Shown here in pieces: positions 17,661-26,213 of a DNA stretch of 33,044 nt (its first letter is position 1; each line of letters starts with the position of its first letter). The stretch is taken from positions 1-33,044 of the forward strand of contig JAKLKB010000068.1 of assembly GCA_023150835.1 (NCBI GenBank), read 5' to 3'. The notes under the pieces were generated by a model. That model was not told the DNA's origin. It was given only the letters and a program-made list of their open reading frames with translations, and did not search any database. The translations under genes and the position numbers were made by a program. Source of the DNA: Myxococcota bacterium. GTDB lineage: Bacteria > Myxococcota_C > UBA6777.

Positions 17661-19031
17661 ATGTCCAAAGCATCTTTGCGTGTGAGTTTCTTTCTGTTGT
17701 TTGCCCTCTTGTGGGTGTTTTCCGCCGCCTGCACCACCCCTGTCGATCCGCCCAAAAAACAAGACAAGTTTATCTATGTCAAAGGACTCTTCGATCTGAC
17801 CGGCGGAACCGCCGATGTCGGTATCTCCTACAGCAAAGGCGTCCTCGACTCCATCGAAGAAATCAACGAAAAAGGCGGCATCGATGGCTACAAGATCGCC
17901 ATCGATTGGAAAGACTACAGCTACGTCGCCAACAAAGCCGTCGAGTTCTACGAAGAGTGGAAAAAGAACGGATGGCTCAACGATCCACAAAAACCCGAAT
18001 CCAAGGCCGTAAGCATCTTCGGGTGGGGCACCGCTGACTCCATCATCCTCAGCCCCAAAGTCGCTGAAGACAAAATCCCCTATATCTCCGCTTCCTACGC
18101 AGGAAGCATCGGCTCCCCCGTCCCCGTCCAAAAAGAAATCGACCTCCCCAACGGCACCAAACACTTTGTCGAAACCAAAGGCGCCCCCTACAACTTCTTC
18201 GCCGGAACCGACTACTCCACCTCCATCCGACTCGCCATGCAATTCATCAAAAACAGCGGCGGAAAGAAGATCGTCTTCATCTACTGCAACGCCGGATACT
18301 GCAAAGATCCCATCCCCGCCGGAAAAACCTACGCCAAAGAGATCGGTCTTGATATCGTAGGCGATATCGAAGTCAACCTCGACTTCACACGCGAACAAGC
18401 CAGCGACGCCATCAAAGCCGGACTCGAAAAATTCCAAGTCACCGAAGCCGACAACCTCTGGGCATGGTACGGAAATACCGCCAAAACCGCCGTCTTTTCC
18501 GCCCAAGGCTTCGCCAAACATGCCCCCTCCAACGCTCGCGGTATCTCCAACGTCTGGGGCTTTGACGAAAGCGTCACCAAACGCTGCAAAGATGGTTGGG
18601 ATGGCACGGGTGAACCTTGTGTCGAAAAATTCTTTGGCATCATGCCTTTCGCCGCCTTTGGCGACCTCAACTACCCCGAAATGAAAGAAGTCGTCATCCA
18701 ACACAAGAAATACCGCGAAAAAGCCAAAGAAGCCACCACCCTCTACGCCGATGTCCGCTATGTCCAAGGCTACAGCAGCTTTTTGATCTGGCGCCGCATC
18801 GTCGAAAAACTCCTCAAAGACAAAAAAGAAATCACCGGAACCAACATCAAAGAAGCCTTTGAAACCTACGGCACCCTCTCCACCGGCGGACTCACCCTCA
18901 ACCTCCAATTCTCCTCCGACGATCACCGCCCTAGCTCTGGCGCTCTCGTTTACGCCGTCGGCTCCGATGGTAAACTCTCTTACAAAAAAGAAGTCAGCGC
19001 CTCGCTTAAACCCGAATGGAAGGGTTGGTAA
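17661..19031 (+). CDS. Periplasmic substrate-binding lipoprotein, LivJ/branched-chain amino acid (type I) family
   Basis: Lipobox-like LLWVFSAA|C, DLTGGTADVG, INEKGGIDG, GWGTADS and FSSDDHR. No permease or ATPase genes adjacent. Confidence 0.85.
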   Translation: MSKASLRVSFFLLFALLWVFSAACTTPVDPPKKQDKFIYVKGLFDLTGGTADVGISYSKGVLDSIEEINEKGGIDGYKIAIDWKDYSYVANKAVEFYEEWKKNGWLNDPQKPESKAVSIFGWGTADSIILSPKVAEDKIPYISASYAGSIGSPVPVQKEIDLPNGTKHFVETKGAPYNFFAGTDYSTSIRLAMQFIKNSGGKKIVFIYCNAGYCKDPIPAGKTYAKEIGLDIVGDIEVNLDFTREQASDAIKAGLEKFQVTEADNLWAWYGNTAKTAVFSAQGFAKHAPSNARGISNVWGFDESVTKRCKDGWDGTGEPCVEKFFGIMPFAAFGDLNYPEMKEVVIQHKKYREKAKEATTLYADVRYVQGYSSFLIWRRIVEKLLKDKKEITGTNIKEAFETYGTLSTGGLTLNLQFSSDDHRPSSGALVYAVGSDGKLSYKKEVSASLKPEWKGW

Positions 19032-19110
19032 GCAAAAGCGCGTGCATTCGTCTTGAGATCGCACCGCCAAACAAAAAAACATTGCCTTGACGCCTGCTTT
19101 CTCGCAAAAT

Positions 19111-19138
19111 AGGGGCATCCTTTCGGGATGTCCCTTTC
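19111..19138 (+). terminator. Putative intrinsic terminator hairpin after the binding-protein gene
   Basis: AGGGGCATCC-TTTCG-GGATGTCCCT stem-loop followed by a short T-tract. Confidence 0.5.
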
Positions 19139-19207
19139 TCCCTCGCAACTTGGATTCGGCTGGAGAATGGCACTCCGACCTTCGACACGATCTGTGGAGA
19201 GTTGTTT

Positions 19208-21724
19208 ATGAACAATCCAACGAAAGAGGAACAAAGCTCTGGCGTTTTATTTGGCAACTACCAAGTCATCGCCAAACTTGCAACCGGCGGGATGGCTGAG
19301 TTGTTCCTCGCCAAACAACGGGGTCTTGCAGGGATCAGCAAGACCGTTGTCATCAAATGCGTCCTCCCGCACCTCGCCTCCAGCGACGACTTCGTCCAGA
19401 TGTTTCTCGATGAAGCTCGCGTTGCCACCCATCTCCAACACCCCAACATCGTTCAAATCTTCGAAGTCGGCCAAGTCCGCAACGTCTACTACATCGCCAT
19501 GGAATACATCCGTGGCCTCGACCTCAAACGCATCCGAAAACAAGTCTACAGCATCAAAGAATTCCAACAAGATCCTCCCTTTAACCTCTTCGCTGGCATC
19601 ATCTCCCAAGCCGCCGCAGGACTCCACTACGCCCACTGCGCCACCGACGAAATGGGCAGCCCCCTCGGCATCATCCACCGCGACGTCAGCCCCAACAACC
19701 TCCTGATCTCCTTCAACGGCGTCGTCAAGATCGTCGACTTCGGTGTCGCCAAAGCCGCCACCCAAGAACACCGCACCCGCGCTGGTATGCTCAAAGGACG
19801 ACTCAGCTATATGTCCCCCGAGCAGATCTCTGGACAGCCCGTCAAACCTTCGTCCGATATCTTCTCCCTCGGGATCGTCCTCTACGAGATGGCCACCAAC
19901 CGACGCCTCTTCAAACGCGAAAACGAAGCCGAAACCGTCCAAGCCGTCCTCAAATCTCCCATCGCTCCCCCCGAAAAATACTACCCCTCCATCCCCCCCG
20001 AGTTCAGCCGCATCATCATGAAGTGCATGGAACGCGACGAAAGCAAACGCTACCAAGCCGCCGAAGAACTCCGCCTTGATCTTGAACACTACATGCACTC
20101 CACCGAACATTACAGCCCTCACAAGATCTCCGAGTTTCTCGACCGGCACTTCAGCGACGACAAAAAACAATCTTCCACAGGTGTCCTCGCCAACCCCTTT
20201 AACCAAGCCGACCTCCAATACCTCGCCTACCGTACAGGCCAGTTCGGCAACGCTCCCACCGGCAGCCATCCCAGCCACCCCGGTGCCCTCGATCGCAACA
20301 ACACCTCCGCAAGCTTCTCCGATGTCGGGGCCGATTCTTCCTTTGGCTACTTTACCCGCGATGAATCCGGCGTCAAAGGCGTCGTCTTCGATCCACCTAC
20401 CAAAAGCCGCACCTTTCTCTGGGTCTTCCTCTTGCTCTTCGTTGGCCTCGGAGCCGGCCTTGCCGTCGCCCAATGGGAACAGATCAACCGCTGGCTTTCC
20501 AATGCACCCCCTCCCCAACCACCCGCCCCTCGCGTCGATATCGCAAAACGCAAAAAACTACAGGCCGAACACCAAGCCAAGATCAACGACTTCCTCGTCA
20601 ACCGAGCCTTTCAAAAGGCCCGCGCTTATCTCGCTGATCTCCAAAACTCTCCCGATGCTGCTCTCCTTGGCTCTTGGCTCAAAGACACCCAACAAAGCGT
20701 CGAACTCGAATCCAGCCTCGCCAGTGTCGAACTCTTTTACGGACAAAAAAATTACGATGACGCCTTGGCTTTGCTCAAACGCCTCTTGATGGACTACTCC
20801 GGCAGCGACCAAGTCCGCGAATGGTACCAAAAAGTTCAAAAAGCCAAAGAAAACGCAGGCAAAGAACCCGTCGCAACCAAACCTCCCGAAACTCGCGACG
20901 ATCCCGAAGAATCCTCCTCTAGCAAACGCCGCAAACGATGGCGACGACGCCCTCCACCAAAACGCCGAAAAACCAAACCCACCAAAGTCGCCAACGTCGA
21001 ACCCGCCGAAGTCACTCCGCCCGTTCGCCCCGATCCACCCGCAACCGAGGAAAAAGGCACCGTCTTCGTCAATTCCACACCCGCTGGCCGCGTCGAACTC
21101 GATGGCCGCCTGATCGGTTATACCCCCATCAACGGCCAAAAGATCAAAGTCGGTACCTATCGCCTCACCGTCCGACGACCCGGATATCTCACCAGCTCCC
21201 GCTCCATCACCGTCACCACCTCCTCACCCGTCGAACTCAACATCCCTCTCGAAGCCATCGAAGTCCCTCGCGCTGCTCCCCCTCGCACCGAACCTCGCAC
21301 CGAACCTCGCACCGAACCCGACCCCCGCCCTGCACCCTCTTCCGATGAACCCAAAGCCAAGATGGACTTCTCCAATATCCAACTCCCTCGACAAAAAACC
21401 ATCCGACTCCTCATCACCGACCCTCGCGGACTCGTCGCCAACCAATACACCGACGAACACGCCGACCTCTGCAAACAGATCGAAGACGAAGCCGCCCGGG
21501 TCCTTGGACCCTCCTTCTCCGTCAAAGGCGTCACCCTCGCTTGGCAAAAGTTCGTCCGACAACAAGCCACCGAACAAACCACCCAAAGTATGCGCTTTTA
21601 CCCCCGCGCTGCCGCCTTCGTCATCTACAACAACCTCACTCGTGGACGCGACCGCAGCCGTGTCGCACAACTCCTCGTCCTCTACCAACGCAAAAATCGC
21701 TTCCGCCAATACGCCAACAAATAA
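19208..21724 (+). CDS. Membrane Ser/Thr protein kinase with helical/TPR-like region and PEGA domain
   Basis: LATGGMAELF, FLDEAR, HRDVSPNN, DFG and KGRLSYMSPEQ (myxobacterial-type). TM segment FLWVFLLLFVGLGAGLAVA. PEGA-like GTVFVNSTPAGRVELDG...GYTP...GTYRLTVRRPGY. Confidence 0.92.
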   Translation: MNNPTKEEQSSGVLFGNYQVIAKLATGGMAELFLAKQRGLAGISKTVVIKCVLPHLASSDDFVQMFLDEARVATHLQHPNIVQIFEVGQVRNVYYIAMEYIRGLDLKRIRKQVYSIKEFQQDPPFNLFAGIISQAAAGLHYAHCATDEMGSPLGIIHRDVSPNNLLISFNGVVKIVDFGVAKAATQEHRTRAGMLKGRLSYMSPEQISGQPVKPSSDIFSLGIVLYEMATNRRLFKRENEAETVQAVLKSPIAPPEKYYPSIPPEFSRIIMKCMERDESKRYQAAEELRLDLEHYMHSTEHYSPHKISEFLDRHFSDDKKQSSTGVLANPFNQADLQYLAYRTGQFGNAPTGSHPSHPGALDRNNTSASFSDVGADSSFGYFTRDESGVKGVVFDPPTKSRTFLWVFLLLFVGLGAGLAVAQWEQINRWLSNAPPPQPPAPRVDIAKRKKLQAEHQAKINDFLVNRAFQKARAYLADLQNSPDAALLGSWLKDTQQSVELESSLASVELFYGQKNYDDALALLKRLLMDYSGSDQVREWYQKVQKAKENAGKEPVATKPPETRDDPEESSSSKRRKRWRRRPPPKRRKTKPTKVANVEPAEVTPPVRPDPPATEEKGTVFVNSTPAGRVELDGRLIGYTPINGQKIKVGTYRLTVRRPGYLTSSRSITVTTSSPVELNIPLEAIEVPRAAPPRTEPRTEPRTEPDPRPAPSSDEPKAKMDFSNIQLPRQKTIRLLITDPRGLVANQYTDEHADLCKQIEDEAARVLGPSFSVKGVTLAWQKFVRQQATEQTTQSMRFYPRAAAFVIYNNLTRGRDRSRVAQLLVLYQRKNRFRQYANK

Positions 21725-21834
21725 TACGATATCCGAGTGATGTGTTCCCGTAAGATAGTGTGTAGACGCCCTATTGTTGGGCCACACCTGTCTGCCCCTA
21801 CGTTTTCCGATCACACGCCCTGCGGATCTCGTAT
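21724..21834 (-). repeat. Family B element, copy 2
   Basis: Ends ATACGATATCCG and CGGATCTCGTAT. Reverse complement contains CGTGTGATCGGAAAACGTAGGGGCAGACAGGTGTGGC, nearly identical to copy 1. Confidence 0.85.
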
Positions 21835-21858
21835 AACCCCGTCCCTTCGCCCTCTCCA

Positions 21859-21970
21859 CACACCTCCTCATCTCCCCGTCCCTCCGCACACCTCCTCATC
21901 TCCCCGTCCCTCCGCACACCTCCTCATCTCCCCGTCCCTTCGCACACCTCCTCATCTCCCCGTCCCTTCG
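21859..21970. repeat. 28-bp tandem repeat x4
   Basis: CACACCTCCTCATCTCCCCGTCCCT(C/T)CG at 21859, 21887, 21915 and 21943, between convergent genes. Confidence 0.95.
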
Positions 21971-22000
21971 CACTCTCCGCACACCTCCATATCCCTCGAC

Positions 22001-22942
22001 CTACCGACCATACCACCACGACACCCCCAAGATCACCGTCGGCGTGTACACCAAACCCACCCACAAACTCAACGACCAGATCCGCGCCATATACCCCGCA
22101 TCAAGGCCCTCTTGTACGGCGTACGCCAACACCGTCGACGCCACAGGGGCCGTCCCCGCCAACAAGATCACCGTCGCCATCATCTCTTCGGGCTGCCACC
22201 AAAACACCCACACACCCGCCCCCAACAACCCTCCCAAAAAACGCACACCCAATACCCCCAACATCTCTCGCGCTTCTTGCCCGTCCTTCCACTTCCCCCC
22301 TCGGATCGTCAACAATCCTCCCATCGCCAACAAACTCAACGGCGTCGTCAAACTGCTCAAGATACCCACACCGTCCCACAACACTCGCGGTATCCGCACT
22401 TCCAACACGCGCACCCACAACGCCAACAACAACACCCAAAACAACGGAAAACGCCCCAGCTTCGAACCGATCGCTCTCCACGACATCCGCCGCGTCCCCC
22501 CATAATACACCGACAGCACATACACCAACGACGCCGACAACAAGATATTCGCAAAGTCCAACAAGATCAGCCCCGATAACGCTTTCTCCCCATACATCGA
22601 CAACACAAACGGGTACACAAACGTCCCCAAGTTCATCACCATCGGAGCCGTCACCAACACTCCCCGACGCTGCGACGGCTCCACTCCTCGACTCCACCAC
22701 CACGACAACAACCCACCACCACACACGATCCACACCGCACCCATCGGCAAGATCCACACCCGCCCATCCAATCGCGCCCCCTGCAACGAACGAAAGATCG
22801 TCGCTGGCAACGCCACAAACACCACCATCTGCAACAAAAAGCTGCTCCGCTCGTAGGTCAAAAAACCACTACGGCGCAACAACCCGCCCAATCCCACCAA
22901 CAACCACAACGGCAACAACCGCTCATACAATACCACCCACAC
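22001..22942 (-). CDS. AEC (auxin efflux carrier) family transporter
   Basis: Highly hydrophobic. VALPATIF, NLGTFVYP and PLSLLAMG motifs and TAPVAS. GTG start at 22942 is inferred (~313 aa); the longer ORF runs through repeat DNA. Confidence 0.82.
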   Translation of the reverse strand: MWVVLYERLLPLWLLVGLGGLLRRSGFLTYERSSFLLQMVVFVALPATIFRSLQGARLDGRVWILPMGAVWIVCGGGLLSWWWSRGVEPSQRRGVLVTAPMVMNLGTFVYPFVLSMYGEKALSGLILLDFANILLSASLVYVLSVYYGGTRRMSWRAIGSKLGRFPLFWVLLLALWVRVLEVRIPRVLWDGVGILSSLTTPLSLLAMGGLLTIRGGKWKDGQEAREMLGVLGVRFLGGLLGAGVWVFWWQPEEMMATVILLAGTAPVASTVLAYAVQEGLDAGYMARIWSLSLWVGLVYTPTVILGVSWWYGR

Positions 22943-22962
22943 AAATCGGCCCCTTCCCTTTC

Positions 22963-23006
22963 CTGCTTTCTTTCCGTGCCTTCCGTGGACTCTTTCTTTA
23001 TGTACG
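22963..23006. repeat. Family C copy
   Basis: CTGCTTTCTTTCCGTGCCTTCCGTGGACTCTTTCTTTATGTACG. Confidence 0.85.
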
Positions 23007-23306
23007 CTCCGCAAACACCAACATACTTCGATCCGCAGTCTTTGCCTTGTTTCGATCCATCCGCGCTCTTTGTCCTCGAAACCTCTCACCCCGCCCGCAT
23101 CCATCGCAAAAAAGCACCCACAACGCAAGCCCCCCCATCCTCCGCACCCACAACACCACTGAACCCCTCCCTTTCCACCTCGTCCAAAGATTGTTCTTGA
23201 AAAACCGAATCCTTTTCGTGTACAAAACGCTCCCATCACAACGGATCCCCTTTTCACCCCAACCCGCGTACATGATCCAAAACGCGGACAATCCAAGGAG
23301 ATTGTG

Positions 23307-25481
23307 ATGACTTTCGGCAACCATGCCCGCCTTCAAGCGATCAACACCGTCGCTCGACAAACCATCCCTCCCACCCAAGTCAACGCCAAAGGCACCGCCC
23401 CCGAAAACCTTTTCAACGCCAACGTCTTCCATCAAAAAGAGATGGAAAAGCTCCTCCCCAAGGACATCTACCGCTCACTCAAACGCACCATTGAGCGCGG
23501 CGAACAGTTAGACCCTTCCACCGCTGACGCCGTCGCTGCCGCCATGAAAACATGGGCTCTCGCTCGCGGGGCCACCCATTACACTCATGTCTTTTATCCG
23601 CTCACGGGCCTCAGCGCCGAAAAACACGACTCTTTCCTTACCCCCAACTACGAAGGCGGAGCCATCACCGAATTCAGCGGCGCACAACTCATCCAAGGCG
23701 AACCCGATGGTTCGAGCTTTCCCACAGGCGGCATCCGCCAAACCTTCGAAGCTCGCGGATACACCGCTTGGGACGTCACCAGCCCCGCCTACCTCCTCGA
23801 AACCCCCAACGGCTCGACTCTTTGCATCCCCACCGCCTTTGTCTCGTGGACAGGTGAAGCCCTCGACGGAAAAACCCCGCTGCTGCGCTCCATCCAAGCC
23901 CTCAACCAACAAGCCCAACGCGTCCTCAAACTGTTTGGCGATCAAACCGAAAAAATGGTCGTCGCCACCGCTGGCGCTGAACAAGAATACTTCTTGATCG
24001 ACAACCACTTCTATCATCAACGCCCTGACCTCTTTACGGCGGGACGCTCGCTGTTTGGGGCCAAACCCCCCAAAGGCCAAGAGATGGAAGACCACTACTT
24101 CGGGGCCATCAGCGAACGCGTCCTCCACTTTATGCTCGATGCTGAACACGAACTCCTCAAACTCGGTGTACCCGTCAAAACCCGACACAACGAAGTCGCC
24201 CCCGGACAATACGAGATCGCCCCCGTCTACGAAAACGCCAACGTCGCCGCTGATCACCAACAACTCACACTCACCACACTCAAACGCGTCGCCACCCGCC
24301 ATGGCCTCGCCTGCCTCACACACGAAAAACCCTTCGCTGGCGTCAACGGCTCCGGAAAACACGTCAACTTTTCCCTCGGCAACGCCCAAGTCGGAAACCT
24401 CCTCGAACCCGGCGACAATCCACACCTCAATGTCCGCTTTCTCGTCTTTTGCTCCGCTGTCATCCGCGCCGTCAGCAAACACGCCCGACTCCTGCGCGCC
24501 GTCGTCGCAAGCGCCGGAAACGACCACCGCCTCGGCGCAAACGAAGCTCCTCCCGCCATTATCTCTATCTTCCTCGGCGAACAACTCACCGAGATCTTCG
24601 AGCAGATCAAAACAGGAAAAACCGCCAGCAGCAAAAAAGGCGGTACCCTCGGCCTTGGCGTCGATACCCTCCCCCGTCTTCCCAAACATTCAGGCGATCG
24701 CAACCGCACCAGCCCCTTTGCCTTCACGGGAAACAAGTTTGAATTCCGCGCCGTCGGGGCCAACCAGTCCATCGCTATGCCCATCACCGTCCTCAATACC
24801 ATCCTCGCCGAATCCCTCGACCATATCGCTTCCCGCCTCGAATCCGCCAACGGCGAACTCGAACCCCAAATCACCCAACTCATCCGCGAGATCTACACCG
24901 AACACGAGAGCATCGTCTTCAATGGCGACGGCTACTCCGAAGCTTGGCACAAAGAAGCTGCCGAAAAACGCGGCCTACCTAACCTCAAAACCGCTGTCGA
25001 TGCTCTGCCCGCTTACAAAGATCCCGCAAGCATCGCTCTCTTTGAAAAGTACAACATCCTCTCCCCTCGCGAACTCGAAAGCCGCGCCCACGTCTTCATC
25101 GAACAATACAACCGCACCCTCCTCGTCGAATCACGCCTCATGCTCGAGATGGGACGCACCCAGATCCTCCCCGCTGCTTACCGCTTCCAAAACCAGATCG
25201 CTCAAACCTGCTTCTCTCTCAAACAACTCAACAAACCCGCACCCGAACAACTCCTCGACAAAGCCGTCGAACACACCGACAAACTCTACGCCGGACTCGA
25301 ACACCTCGGCCTTCTCCTCCAACACCACCACGAAGATCCCCTCCAAGAAGCCCGCTTCCTCTGCGACAAAGTCGTCCCTCAAATGACCCTCGTCCGACAA
25401 CACGCCGACTCCCTCGAATCCATCGTCGCCGACGACCTCTGGCCTCTCCCCACTTACCAAGAAATGCTCTTCCTCAAATAA
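23307..25481 (+). CDS. glnN: Glutamine synthetase type III
   Basis: [86 protein letters not shown] and [17 protein letters not shown] at 23295-23300. Confidence 0.96.
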   Translation: MTFGNHARLQAINTVARQTIPPTQVNAKGTAPENLFNANVFHQKEMEKLLPKDIYRSLKRTIERGEQLDPSTADAVAAAMKTWALARGATHYTHVFYPLTGLSAEKHDSFLTPNYEGGAITEFSGAQLIQGEPDGSSFPTGGIRQTFEARGYTAWDVTSPAYLLETPNGSTLCIPTAFVSWTGEALDGKTPLLRSIQALNQQAQRVLKLFGDQTEKMVVATAGAEQEYFLIDNHFYHQRPDLFTAGRSLFGAKPPKGQEMEDHYFGAISERVLHFMLDAEHELLKLGVPVKTRHNEVAPGQYEIAPVYENANVAADHQQLTLTTLKRVATRHGLACLTHEKPFAGVNGSGKHVNFSLGNAQVGNLLEPGDNPHLNVRFLVFCSAVIRAVSKHARLLRAVVASAGNDHRLGANEAPPAIISIFLGEQLTEIFEQIKTGKTASSKKGGTLGLGVDTLPRLPKHSGDRNRTSPFAFTGNKFEFRAVGANQSIAMPITVLNTILAESLDHIASRLESANGELEPQITQLIREIYTEHESIVFNGDGYSEAWHKEAAEKRGLPNLKTAVDALPAYKDPASIALFEKYNILSPRELESRAHVFIEQYNRTLLVESRLMLEMGRTQILPAAYRFQNQIAQTCFSLKQLNKPAPEQLLDKAVEHTDKLYAGLEHLGLLLQHHHEDPLQEARFLCDKVVPQMTLVRQHADSLESIVADDLWPLPTYQEMLFLK

Positions 25482-25561
25482 CCGCTGTCACCTCCTCCTC
25501 GATCGGTGTTTGTGGGGTTTCACCTCCCCTGTTCACGGTCTTTGGCTCTTACAGGGGGACA

Positions 25562-25685
25562 ACTTTCCGTACTTTCCGTACTTTCCGTACTTTCCGTACT
25601 TTCCGTGCTTTCCGTACTTTCCGTGCTTTCCGTGCTTTGCGAAGCGCGCAACTCCCGTTGGTCGTTGTCCGTGGACTCTTCTTTT
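25562..25685. repeat. Family C expanded array: 8 x (A/G)CTTTCCGT plus TCCGTGGACTCTT tail
   Basis: Units at 25562-25633; tail at 25668-25685. Confidence 0.93.
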
Positions 25686-25838
25686 CGATATCCTCTGCGT
25701 GATGCCCGCGTTTTGTACCCATGTAAGAGCGGCCATCTGTGGCTTAACAAGGCGCGTATGGGGTTTCACCCCGCACCCCACAAAACCGTCACATCGCACG
25801 AGTTCCTAAGGTTTCCCCCCCGCCTCGACTGTTCCCCC

Positions 25839-26180
25839 TTCTGGAAACCTGAACGCCTTCGAGCGCCCTCCGCAACCTCTTCTGGAAACCTGAACGCCTT
25901 CGAGCGCCCTCCGCAACCTCTTCTGGAAACCTGAACGCTGCCAAAAAGTCCCGCAAGGCTTTACTAGAAACTTTTTTGGAACAATGCTGCTTCGATTTTG
26001 TGCTTCTGCAAACCAGAACGGCACAATCGCCTTTTTTTTTGCCGTTCAACGAACCTGAACGCCTTTGGGCGCTCCCCCCGACCTCTTCTGGAAACCTGAA
26101 CGCCTTTGGGCGCTCCCCCCGACCTCTTCTGGAAACCTGAACGCCTTCGTGCGCTCCCCCCGACCTCTTCTGGAAACCTG
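25839..26180. repeat. Two arrays of a 41-bp tandem repeat
   Basis: Core CCTCTTCTGGAAACCTGAACGCCTT. Units at 25839, 25880 and 25921, then 26052, 26093, 26134 and 26175, with ~110 bp of unique sequence between the arrays. Confidence 0.95.
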
Positions 26181-26213
26181 AGATGGGATGGGAAATAGGC
26201 GAAGTATACGAGG

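Noticed and set aside
19169-19185. Sigma-54 promoter (TGGCAC) before the third kinase
   Set aside because: No TTGC -12 element at the required spacing.
25839-26180. CRISPR array
   Set aside because: The inter-core segments are only 16 bp and homologous or identical to each other, and there are no cas genes. This is a tandem repeat.
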